From Phocaeicola sp. (GTDB lineage Bacteria; Bacteroidota; Bacteroidia; Bacteroidales; Bacteroidaceae), in the NCBI GenBank assembly GCA_045545095.1, contig JAZQAG010000049.1:1213-65212 (forward strand): a stretch of DNA of 64,000 nucleotides, given 5' to 3'. Under the pieces are notes generated by a model. It searched no databases and had not been told where the DNA came from. It was given only the letters and a program-made list of their open reading frames with translations. This document shows positions 47,363 through 55,464 of the stretch, one piece after another. The translations under genes were made by a program, and so were the position numbers. How positions within the stretch are numbered: the first letter of the stretch is position 1; the number at the start of each line of letters is the position of its first letter.

Positions 47363-48556
47363 ATGATGAAAAGAAAGAAAAGCATTCTGATGGCGGTGCT
47401 GATGATGACCATCGCAAGCATGATACCCTGCAAGGCACAAGAGGCAAACGTATCCATTAAAGGGAAACTGACCAATGTGCCTGACAGCCTGTATCTCTAC
47501 ATCGTAGAGTTCGATAATCAAAGAGGAAGTACTACGGCACGTGGGGTCATGGCAAAGGGAGAACTTTCATTTGAATTCAAAACGAGAATAAACACTCCCC
47601 ATTTAGCGACTATCCGTAATCACGAAATAGGATTCAAGCCATTGCACCTCATGTGGATAGAGCCTGGTGCACAGGTAAGAATTACGGGCGATGGATTGGA
47701 TTATTCCACATGGAAAATCGAAAGTAATGTCAAAGCACAACAAAATGAAAACCGATTTCGGGAAGCAACCCAAAAGGAAGAAAGCAAACGGCACCAATTG
47801 AATATGGAAATCTGTCGTTTAGAGGAACTATATGGGAAAGCACAAGACCAACGGGAAATAAAGCAGAAATTGATAGAACTCAGCAAACAATCGGATAGTA
47901 TCTTCTATACAACCAAGGAGCGAGTATTGCCTTTGCTTGAAGAGCTTCCTGTAGATGAAGCATGGATGTTACGTCTGTTTGATAACAGTCAGACAAAAGA
48001 AATGAGTCCCCATCGCCGCAAGAATCTTATCGCATTAAGCCAACGCATGAATGAAGAACAAAAAAGTTCCTATTTTGGTAGAGCCATAATAACAAATCTC
48101 AATCCACCTCAATCTGTGACTATTGGACAGGAAATTCCAAATATTGTTTTGAAAGATACGTTAGGCAATCCCCACCGTCTACAGGAGTTACAAGGAAAAT
48201 ACCTGCTATTGGATTTCTGGAGTAGTGCTTGTGCCCCTTGCATCAAAAGTTTGCCCGAACTGAAGGAGATAGCCGAGGCTTTCAAAGATAATCTGACTAT
48301 AGTCAGTATTAGTAGCGACCCTGAAACAGCATGGAAACGAGCTTCTCGGAAATACTCCCTTACAGGCCACAACTGGAACGACCTACAGGGAAGCAACGGT
48401 ATCTTTGCCCAATTTGGAATAGAAGGAACCCCTACATATCTCCTACTTTCCCCAGACGGGAAATTGATAGGTAAAGAAACGGGATATAAATATGGATTCC
48501 TCTTCAAGTTCGTGAAAGAGACTATTGCGGGACTTAAAAAAGTGAGAAAAGAATAA
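47363..48556 (+). CDS. TlpA-like oxidoreductase, paralog D
   Basis: SIKGKLTNVPDS..., LLDFWSSACAPC, FGIEGTPTY. 2 nt after paralog C. Lipobox-like MIPC. Confidence 0.75.
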   Translation: MMKRKKSILMAVLMMTIASMIPCKAQEANVSIKGKLTNVPDSLYLYIVEFDNQRGSTTARGVMAKGELSFEFKTRINTPHLATIRNHEIGFKPLHLMWIEPGAQVRITGDGLDYSTWKIESNVKAQQNENRFREATQKEESKRHQLNMEICRLEELYGKAQDQREIKQKLIELSKQSDSIFYTTKERVLPLLEELPVDEAWMLRLFDNSQTKEMSPHRRKNLIALSQRMNEEQKSSYFGRAIITNLNPPQSVTIGQEIPNIVLKDTLGNPHRLQELQGKYLLLDFWSSACAPCIKSLPELKEIAEAFKDNLTIVSISSDPETAWKRASRKYSLTGHNWNDLQGSNGIFAQFGIEGTPTYLLLSPDGKLIGKETGYKYGFLFKFVKETIAGLKKVRKE

Positions 48557-48640
48557 CTCCCCATGCGAATAGGAGTCAAAACACCAAACCACTAAATTTA
48601 CACCTAATTTGGTGGTTGCAACCACTAATTTTACTATAAA

Positions 48641-48672
48641 TTTGGCGGTTTGAGAGAAATGTCCTACTTTTG
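48641..48672 (+). promoter_or_regulatory. Bacteroidota-type promoter TTTG-N20-TACTTTTG for the ATPase gene, overlapped by tandem hairpins
   Basis: TTTG at 48641-48644 and TACTTTTG at 48665-48672. Two related hairpins (ccactaaattt..aatttggtgg and ccactaatttt..aaatttggcgg) span 48590-48648. Confidence 0.55.
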
Positions 48673-48689
48673 CGGAAAAGAAAAAGGAT

Positions 48690-49814
48690 ATGATAGGAAG
48701 AAGCATTGAACGTACTATTTTGCGAGATTTTACACGGAAGAAGGTCATCGTCCTGCTGGGAGCCAGACAGGTGGGAAAGACTACTTTGTTGGAGGGGCTG
48801 CACAACAAGAAAGAAAAAGTGCTCTCCATCAATTGCGATGACTTGGATGACACCCTATTGATAGAGGAGAAAACTTCTACTGAGCTGAGAGCTTTGCTTG
48901 CTCCCTACGATATGGTGTTTATTGATGAGGCGCAACGGGTGAAGAATATCGGACTGACGCTGAAAAAGATAGGCGATCTGAAGCTCGACACAAAAGTAAT
49001 AGTCACAGGCTCGTCGTCATTGGAATTGGCAGGAGAAGTAAACGAACCTGCCACTGGACGGTTAATAGAGTATCACCTGTTCCCCTTTTCGTTGGCCGAA
49101 CTGGCAGCCGAGACATCGGAGCGGGAGGAACAGCGCATGCTGGAACAACGCCTGATTTATGGTCTATACCCCGAAGTGGTGACATTTCCCGGTGATGCCA
49201 AGCGCACGCTGATGACGCTGGCCAACAATTATCTGTACAAGGACTTGTTGGCGTACAAAGGCTTGAAGAAACCCGACATCTTGCAGAAACTCGTCCGTGC
49301 ACTGGCCCTTCAATTGGGCAGTGAAGTGTCGTACAACGAACTGAGTAATCTGCTTGGGGTCGATAAAGAGACGGTAGAGAACTACATCAACCTGTTAGAA
49401 AAGTGCTTCGTAATCTTTCGTCTGGACTCTTTCAGCCGCAATTTACGCAACGAAATCAAAAAGGGGAAGAAAATCTATTTCTACGACAATGGGATTCGAA
49501 ATGCCGTGCTCTCCAACTTCGCTCCGGCAGAACTGCGCAACGACATGGGAGCTTTGTGGGAAAACCTAATGGTGAGTGAACGGGTAAAGCGAAATGCCTA
49601 TACCGGCAGCTATGCCCAGCTTTACTTTTGGCGTACCCATGACCAGAAAGAGATTGACCTGATAGAAGAAGAAGACGGAATACTCCACACTTATGAATTC
49701 AAGTGGAGCGGAAAGGCAAAGGCCAAGCAACCGGCATCGTTCGCCACAGCTTATCCCGATTCTCCATTCTGTGTGGTTTCTCCTGAAAACTTTTGGGAGT
49801 TTGTAAGGATGTAA
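48690..49814 (+). CDS. AAA+ ATPase (AAA_14-like) with C-terminal DUF4143 / PD-(D/E)xK nuclease-like module
   Basis: Walker A LLGARQVGKTTL and Walker B VFIDEAQ. The C-terminus has YFWRTHDQKEIDLIEE...YEFKW, a D..EIDL..E.K pattern. Confidence 0.8.
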   Translation: MIGRSIERTILRDFTRKKVIVLLGARQVGKTTLLEGLHNKKEKVLSINCDDLDDTLLIEEKTSTELRALLAPYDMVFIDEAQRVKNIGLTLKKIGDLKLDTKVIVTGSSSLELAGEVNEPATGRLIEYHLFPFSLAELAAETSEREEQRMLEQRLIYGLYPEVVTFPGDAKRTLMTLANNYLYKDLLAYKGLKKPDILQKLVRALALQLGSEVSYNELSNLLGVDKETVENYINLLEKCFVIFRLDSFSRNLRNEIKKGKKIYFYDNGIRNAVLSNFAPAELRNDMGALWENLMVSERVKRNAYTGSYAQLYFWRTHDQKEIDLIEEEDGILHTYEFKWSGKAKAKQPASFATAYPDSPFCVVSPENFWEFVRM

Positions 49815-49827
49815 AAAACTAGAAACT

Positions 49828-50889
49828 ATGATGATGAAAAGAAAGAAAAGTATGCAGATGGTAGCACTGATGATGGCCGTCGTGAGCATGACACCCTGCA
49901 AGGCACAAGAGGAGAACATCAGCAAACAGCCAACGTCGTACATCGTTGAAGGGACATTAGCCGGATCGGCTGCAGATGACATGGAAATAGTCCTCTATGA
50001 TACAGAAAAAAGGCAAAATCTGAACAAGTCGGTCGTTACAGATGGCAAGTTCTATTTTACAGGGGTGGCCGACAGTGCCATTGAATGTCAGGTAATCGTT
50101 CCCAAATACCAAGCTGAAGGTTACTCTGGAATCTTCATTCTGGAAAACGGACACATCCGCATGAATCTAAAAGAATCGGCCCATGCCCCACAAGGAACAT
50201 TGCTCAATGATGAGTTCCGCAGAATCTTTGCATTGGAGGACAGCCTGAAACAGGCCAATGCTTCCGAGGAGGTTTACAAGACCTATTCATACCAAGTATT
50301 CCAAGGTCATGAAGATGATGCTATCGGATATGCTCTATTGAGAAGCCGTTTCTTCACGCATGCAGGAACAGATAGCGAAAAACGGGTTTTACTGGAGAGT
50401 CTGGGACCTAATTTGAAGCGTACTGGACACTACAATTTCCGCCTGAGCACTTGTGCTCCCAACCCACTCATCGGTCAGCATCACAAAGAAATAAAAGGAA
50501 CAGATGCCAACGGAGAAACCCTTGCTTTGTCAGCATTCATAGGCAAAGGGAATTATGTACTTATTGACATGTGGGCCAGTTGGTGTGCTCCCTGCAAAGG
50601 AGAGGTGCCTTATCTGAAGTACCTACATAATCAGTACAAAGACCGAGGATTGACCATTGTCGGCATATTCACATGGGACAAGCCTGAAAATATGGCCAAA
50701 GCCATTGAAGAGGAAGGAATGACGTGGCCACAAATCATAGACACGGAGAAGATTGCCATGGAACAATACCAAGTAACAGGCATTCCTACCCTGGTACTTC
50801 TCTCTCCTGAAGGCAGAATCCTTGAAATGGATCTTAAATTCCGTGGCGAAAACATGGTGAAGACAGTCGAAAAGTATCTGACCAAATAG
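49828..50889 (+). CDS. TlpA/AhpC-TSA-like oxidoreductase, paralog E
   Basis: Signal/lipobox MMMKRKKSMQMVALMMAVVSMTPC. LIDMWASWCAPCKGE and YQVTGIPTLV. Starts 13 nt after the ATPase stop. Confidence 0.75.
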   Translation: MMMKRKKSMQMVALMMAVVSMTPCKAQEENISKQPTSYIVEGTLAGSAADDMEIVLYDTEKRQNLNKSVVTDGKFYFTGVADSAIECQVIVPKYQAEGYSGIFILENGHIRMNLKESAHAPQGTLLNDEFRRIFALEDSLKQANASEEVYKTYSYQVFQGHEDDAIGYALLRSRFFTHAGTDSEKRVLLESLGPNLKRTGHYNFRLSTCAPNPLIGQHHKEIKGTDANGETLALSAFIGKGNYVLIDMWASWCAPCKGEVPYLKYLHNQYKDRGLTIVGIFTWDKPENMAKAIEEEGMTWPQIIDTEKIAMEQYQVTGIPTLVLLSPEGRILEMDLKFRGENMVKTVEKYLTK

Positions 50890-50936
50890 CTCATTCATCA
50901 CCTCGTCAACAGAAACCTTGTCAACTATTCAGGTCA

Positions 50937-51884
50937 TCATCGTAGCATTGCAAGTTTATCTGCTATAATCACCCGATATTGTTCCTGCATATCATCAGGA
51001 AGGAAAGAACTGTTGATAAACTCAAACCATTTGTCTTGGGCTTTCAGAAATTTGTTGAATACGTTATCCACCACCTTCTTATCTAAGCCCGAAGCCTGCA
51101 TGGCAACCTCGAAATCGGACTTCTTTATTTTCCGTTTTCTCCCATTCAAGGTCAAAGCCAATTCTTCGGTATCTTCAGGCATTACTAAAGCCGTGGATAA
51201 CATATCGTAGGCTGGTGAGAGTGTGTAAATCCCCGATTGTCTGCTATAAAGAGAAAAGTTTTTCAGGTGCATATCTGCGTTTCCCGTTATCCATGAGAAA
51301 ACCACCAATTCCCAATAATTGACCAAATCCAATTTGGGAGCAGAGGAATGCTTCTGTATAACCTTCGCTATTTGTTCATAAGAGCCTTTATATTTATGTT
51401 CGGTCAACCGTTCTGCCAATTGGCACATATCTTCCATAGGAAGTTTCTCCCCTTTGGAAGTACGGTCTACACGACGTGTGATATAGCACAGCTCACCATC
51501 AGCAAAGCGCACCAAACAATGAGGGACCGTTCGGATTTTGGCCAACTCGGCCAAATGCATCGTCAAGTCTTCAACCTCAGGCAAATAGGGGAATCGTTCT
51601 GTTTGTGGTTTCAGAATATATCGCCCCCATAACCCTACGATGGTAAAACGGTCTGTTTCGTTTTTACTTCCTTTATTTATGTCTAACGACAACTTGGCCT
51701 GTACTCCTGTGAGCGTTGTCTGACTCCGTATCACTTGTCGGGCAAGATCTGTCAGGTTTTCACGTGTATAAGGCAATTCGGGTACAACCGGTGTTCCGAA
51801 CATTTTCTTTGAACAGGCTTTATGAAAATCTTTTTCTCCTGTCGCAAGTTCTTTGTAACAATAAAGACATTTTTCCATAGTCAT
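50937..51884 (-). CDS. HipA-family Ser/Thr kinase toxin lacking the N-terminal subdomain (HipT-like), with an N-terminal CxxC...HxxC motif
   Basis: LTGVQAKLSL Gly-rich loop, GNADMHLKNFS catalytic loop, AYDMLST. N-terminus CLYCYKEL...FHKACSKK. The ATG overlaps the upstream stop (TGATG). Confidence 0.8.
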   Translation of the reverse strand: MTMEKCLYCYKELATGEKDFHKACSKKMFGTPVVPELPYTRENLTDLARQVIRSQTTLTGVQAKLSLDINKGSKNETDRFTIVGLWGRYILKPQTERFPYLPEVEDLTMHLAELAKIRTVPHCLVRFADGELCYITRRVDRTSKGEKLPMEDMCQLAERLTEHKYKGSYEQIAKVIQKHSSAPKLDLVNYWELVVFSWITGNADMHLKNFSLYSRQSGIYTLSPAYDMLSTALVMPEDTEELALTLNGRKRKIKKSDFEVAMQASGLDKKVVDNVFNKFLKAQDKWFEFINSSFLPDDMQEQYRVIIADKLAMLR

Positions 51885-52213
51885 CACTCCATTTCATCTG
51901 TTATGGGTTCAACACCTACTGCACCAATACAGTCTTTGCAACAAGCCATGAGCAAGGACATGCGGTCGCGAGCATCAATTTTCCAATTCTTTTCTGCGAT
52001 ATCAAGCAGCCATCCTTCCGGAATAAGTCCGTCAAAAAAGGGGAAAAGAATTTTGTCCCTATACGGATCTTCTGTCAAAGGAAGGGTAAGGCTTATGGCC
52101 TCAGCTTCATCTGAAGCGAGAAAACCTGCATCATATTGGAAGGTGTATCCGTTTTCATCTTCCGTAAGAACACCTGCCCTGATGCCACGCAATAATATTG
52201 TAGCCTGCTTCAT
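51884..52213 (-). CDS. HipA N-terminal-subdomain protein (HipS-like)
   Basis: 109 aa. GIRAGVLTEDENGYTFQYD...LPLTEDPY...LFPFFDGLIPEGW is the HipA N-terminal coupling-domain pattern. The start overlaps the upstream stop (TAATG). Confidence 0.75.
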   Translation of the reverse strand: MKQATILLRGIRAGVLTEDENGYTFQYDAGFLASDEAEAISLTLPLTEDPYRDKILFPFFDGLIPEGWLLDIAEKNWKIDARDRMSLLMACCKDCIGAVGVEPITDEME

Positions 52214-52428
52214 TATTCCTCACTTTTAATCATTCGAACTACCCCTATTTCACTACCAAAGAGGTTCAATATCTGGTTTACCTTATCCATGCGAAGTGTC
52301 TGTTTACCTTGTTCCAATTCACGAACAAGGCGAAGTCCCACACCCGATTTTTCAGACAGCTCCACTTGCGTAAGGTTATACTGCCTGCGCATTGCTTTTA
52401 CATACTTGGCTAATGTCATCTGTTCCAT
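52213..52428 (-). CDS. XRE-family HTH protein (HipB-like)
   Basis: 71 aa. RRQYNLTQVELSEKSGVGLRLVRELEQGK helix-turn-helix. First gene of the tricistronic unit. Confidence 0.8.
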   Translation of the reverse strand: MEQMTLAKYVKAMRRQYNLTQVELSEKSGVGLRLVRELEQGKQTLRMDKVNQILNLFGSEIGVVRMIKSEE

Positions 52429-52432
52429 AAAT

Positions 52433-52531
52433 TATACCCTTTCGGGTGCAAAGTTAGCAACAATAATTCAAATTACACCCTTTCGGGTATAAAAATATTG
52501 TTCACGTTGCAAAATATACCTTTTCGGGTAT
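52433..52531. promoter_or_regulatory. three TATACCC-TTTC-GGGTATA-type palindromes spaced exactly 41 bp apart upstream of the hipB-like gene (putative operators); -7 box TAACTTTG on the minus strand at 52449-52456
   Basis: Cores are ACCCTTTCGGGT at 52436-52447 and 52477-52488, and ACCTTTTCGGGT at 52518-52529. Confidence 0.55.
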
Positions 52532-52647
52532 AATCCGACAATCAAAAGCACCTCAAATCTCCTCACTTTTGGACAAAAAGAAAATCTAAATGGAAGTTTT
52601 TAAATTTTCTGCCACTTCCAAACGGGAACTTTTAGATTTTTTCTCTG

Positions 52648-52840
52648 AAAAAGCAAAGTTTAGACTTTACTTTTGCCACAAAGATACGCTTATATAATAT
52701 GTAGGTGTCTAAAAATTAGACATTCTGGCATCAGAAACAGACGTTTTTTGACTTTACCCTTGGAGGGGAGATGGGAAACGACTATTTTTGCCACAAAGAA
52801 GAGTACCAGAAAAAGTAAGACAAACAAAATTATAGAAATT
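52648..52840 (+). repeat. 193-bp leader cassette, copy 2 (partner at 43780-43972)
   Basis: See copy 1. Includes the palindrome TGTCTAA-AAA-TTAGACA at 52706-52722 and two TAnnTTTG boxes. Confidence 0.9.
52706..52722. promoter_or_regulatory. palindrome TGTCTAA-AAA-TTAGACA in leader copy 2
   Basis: Identical to 43838-43854. Confidence 0.4.
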
Positions 52841-54454
52841 ATGAGAAAGAAAAGCATCCAGATGGCAGCACTGATGATGGCCGCCGTGAGCCTGACAACG
52901 TCGTGCAATGCAACGGGGGAAGAGGCAGGAACAATCGTGATTGAAGGCGAACTGGCCAATGTGCCGGACAGTTTGGTCATTGACCTTTATGAACAAGATG
53001 GGAACTTGGGAAGCCGCATCGATACAGACACGATAATAGGCGGGAAGTTCCGTTTTGAGGTGGATACAGAAATTGAGGAAGTCCACTCGGCAAGTATCAG
53101 CAATTACGACATCGGACTCCAGACTTCTGATTTCCTCTGGATTGAACCTGGTGCCAAAATTCGGATTATGGGCAACGGACTGGACCACTCTGCTTGGCAG
53201 ATAAAGAGCAATGTGGCTGTGCAGAAAACAGAAAACCAGTTCCGTAAGGCTGCACAAGCTGAACGGAGTCTGCTACACCAAATCTATATGGAATACTATC
53301 CGCTGACGATGAGACTTCAAGGCGGACGTGACGGGAAACAACGTCCATCAAGCGAAGAGCGAAAGCAGATACAAGTTCGACGCAGAGAATTGGCGAACCA
53401 GTTGGACAGCACCTACAAACTTTTGAGTGCCAAAGAAGAAGCATTGCTTGAAACAATGACTCCCGACGAGGCGTGGATGGAACGTCTGTATGGACTATCG
53501 TTGGAATCCAAACTCAAAGGCGACACTGTGGTACGCGCCCGTGGCATACAGTTCTATGAACGTGTGGACAATCGGTTAAGAGCGACCTATCGTGGTCAGA
53601 GCATCGCCAACAACCTCTTCCCTCCCCAGGTGGTTAAGGTTGAGGACATGGTTCCCGAAGACATCGAACTGAAAGATACATTAGGAAATGTTCACCGATT
53701 GCAGGAACTGCGAGGAAAGTTTCTCCTCCTCGACTTCTGGAGCTGCGGGTGCGGCCCTTGCATTATGAGCTTTCCAGAACTGAAGGAACTTTCCGAACAG
53801 ATGGCAGACTCATTGGAGGTGGTCAGCATCAGTCAGGATGGCGAAAAGCATTGGAAGAAAGCGTCAGCCAAGTACAACATCACGTGGCACAACTGGAACG
53901 ACCTACAGAAGGACAACGGCATCTTTGCCCGCTTCGGTGTGCAGGGCATTCCCGACTACTTCCTTGTTTCACCCGAAGGAAAGGTGATAGCAAACAAAGG
54001 TGGCTACGGAAAGGGGGTCTTAAAACCGTTCGTTCTGCTGAATATGGAAAAGGCTGGCAAGCAACCCACTTACCGCACCGAAGGAGACAAGCACATCATC
54101 GACTATCCCACAGTGGCCGAAGAGCATATCAGCACGATGTACATCCGCCGTGTGGAACTGACAGACAAGGAGACGGCCGTCACCTTCCGTGTGTTCTATC
54201 CCTCCAGCCAATGGTTCCGCATCAGTGACGAGTCGCACCTCATCACCGACGGCAATGAGAAACTGCCCATCCGCTCGGCATCCAACATCACACTCAACAA
54301 AAGATGCTACACACCCGAAAGCAATGTCATGGAATTTACCCTTCACTTCCCTGCCCTACCAGCCAATGCAGCCTCGTTCAGCTACTACGAAGAGGAGAAC
54401 AAACCGGACGATTGCTGGCGCATGATTGGGGTGAAGGTAAAGTCTGCTGAGTAA
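52841..54454 (+). CDS. TlpA-like oxidoreductase, paralog F (DUF4369-like + thioredoxin + extra C-terminal beta-sandwich-like domain)
   Basis: Lipoprotein signal MRKKSIQMAALMMAAVSLTTSC. LLDFWSCGCGPC and FGVQGIPDY. The C-terminal roughly 130 aa (MYIRRVELTDKETAVTF...FTLHFPALPANA) resemble the N-terminal domains of paralogs A and B. Confidence 0.75.
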   Translation: MRKKSIQMAALMMAAVSLTTSCNATGEEAGTIVIEGELANVPDSLVIDLYEQDGNLGSRIDTDTIIGGKFRFEVDTEIEEVHSASISNYDIGLQTSDFLWIEPGAKIRIMGNGLDHSAWQIKSNVAVQKTENQFRKAAQAERSLLHQIYMEYYPLTMRLQGGRDGKQRPSSEERKQIQVRRRELANQLDSTYKLLSAKEEALLETMTPDEAWMERLYGLSLESKLKGDTVVRARGIQFYERVDNRLRATYRGQSIANNLFPPQVVKVEDMVPEDIELKDTLGNVHRLQELRGKFLLLDFWSCGCGPCIMSFPELKELSEQMADSLEVVSISQDGEKHWKKASAKYNITWHNWNDLQKDNGIFARFGVQGIPDYFLVSPEGKVIANKGGYGKGVLKPFVLLNMEKAGKQPTYRTEGDKHIIDYPTVAEEHISTMYIRRVELTDKETAVTFRVFYPSSQWFRISDESHLITDGNEKLPIRSASNITLNKRCYTPESNVMEFTLHFPALPANAASFSYYEEENKPDDCWRMIGVKVKSAE

Positions 54455-54480
54455 TCAGGTGAACCGTTTCCCATAACAGT

Positions 54481-54537
54481 CAAGAGATAAATCCGATTTG
54501 CCGCACTCTAAAATCGGTTTGTCTCTTGCTTTTTTTT
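54481..54537 (+). terminator. rho-independent terminator after paralog F
   Basis: caagagataaatccgattt...aaatcggtttgtctcttg is a long stem, followed by cttttttttt. Confidence 0.75.
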
Positions 54538-54563
54538 ATCTGACTAAAGAGAAAAGTTTAATC

Positions 54564-54636
54564 ATCGACGATAACTATATAAACATCGTCGATAATCACA
54601 TAGTCATCGTCGATGATTATATAAACATCGACGATG
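54564..54636. promoter_or_regulatory. four CATCGWCGAT palindromic boxes phased at exactly 21 bp upstream of the HU-like gene
   Basis: Boxes at 54564-54573, 54585-54594, 54606-54615 and 54627-54636. The last two extend to the 11-bp perfect palindrome CATCGWCGATG. Confidence 0.5.
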
Positions 54637-54659
54637 ATTAAAGTTTCATGCAAAGCGAT

Positions 54660-54690
54660 TTTGATTTTTCAGCAAGTTTTATTAACTTTG
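54660..54690 (+). promoter_or_regulatory. Bacteroidota-type promoter TTTG-N19-TAACTTTG for the HU-like gene
   Basis: TTTG at 54660-54663 and TAACTTTG at 54683-54690, about 37 nt upstream of the ATG at 54727. Confidence 0.5.
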
Positions 54691-54726
54691 CATACAAGCA
54701 AATCAACTTTTAATCTTAATATCTAT

Positions 54727-55350
54727 ATGGCAGAGTATATCAAACAGGAAATTGTGGACTTGAATGACACAGGCGAGAAGCAAGTCTATTACCGCATGAA
54801 GCGCAATCTGCACTTCACGCACGAGCAGTTTCTGGAATGGTTGGAGAGTGCCGACCCGTTCATCACAAAACACGTCGAAAGTGTGTTGAAACATATCACG
54901 CACCAAATGGCGATAGCTATGGCACTGGGGCACAGCGTGACGATCGACGGACTGGGAACCTTCCGTGCCGGCATCGGCCTCAAACGCGGAAAGGAGATGG
55001 ACGGACTGGACGATGGAAAACCAAGCCTCAATGCACAGAGCCTGCAGGTGACGGACGTATATTTCCGCCCGGACAAGGGACTTATCCGCGACACGAACTA
55101 CAACTGTACCCTGACACGCGGTGACACCCGACGCATCCGCAAGCAGAAATATACCCGTGAAGAGCGTTTGGCCCTCGCCCTGGACTATCTGGACAAGCAC
55201 GCGACCATGAACATTGCGCAATACGTATCGCTGACCGGCCTGTCGCGCACAGCTGCCACCCTGGAACTGCAAGCCTTCCGCAACGACCCCGAAAGCGGTA
55301 TCACCTACGAGGGACACGGCACGCATAAGGTGTATGTAAGGAGGAAGTAA
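54727..55350 (+). CDS. HU-fold DNA-binding protein with C-terminal extension (Bacteroidales HU-like family)
   Basis: VESVLKHITHQMAIAMALGHSVTIDGLGTFRAGIGLKRGKE resembles the HU/IHF beta-arm region. 207 aa from the ATG at 54727. Confidence 0.65.
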   Translation: MAEYIKQEIVDLNDTGEKQVYYRMKRNLHFTHEQFLEWLESADPFITKHVESVLKHITHQMAIAMALGHSVTIDGLGTFRAGIGLKRGKEMDGLDDGKPSLNAQSLQVTDVYFRPDKGLIRDTNYNCTLTRGDTRRIRKQKYTREERLALALDYLDKHATMNIAQYVSLTGLSRTAATLELQAFRNDPESGITYEGHGTHKVYVRRK

Positions 55351-55464
55351 AAAAAGTGGCCGTCCCGTGTAACAAAACGGCGAGAAGTTACGTCTGTCCT
55401 TATGTAAGCGCTTGCAACGATAACGCAAAAAACAGTTTTATCAGAGAAAGAGAGAGAGAAGAAA

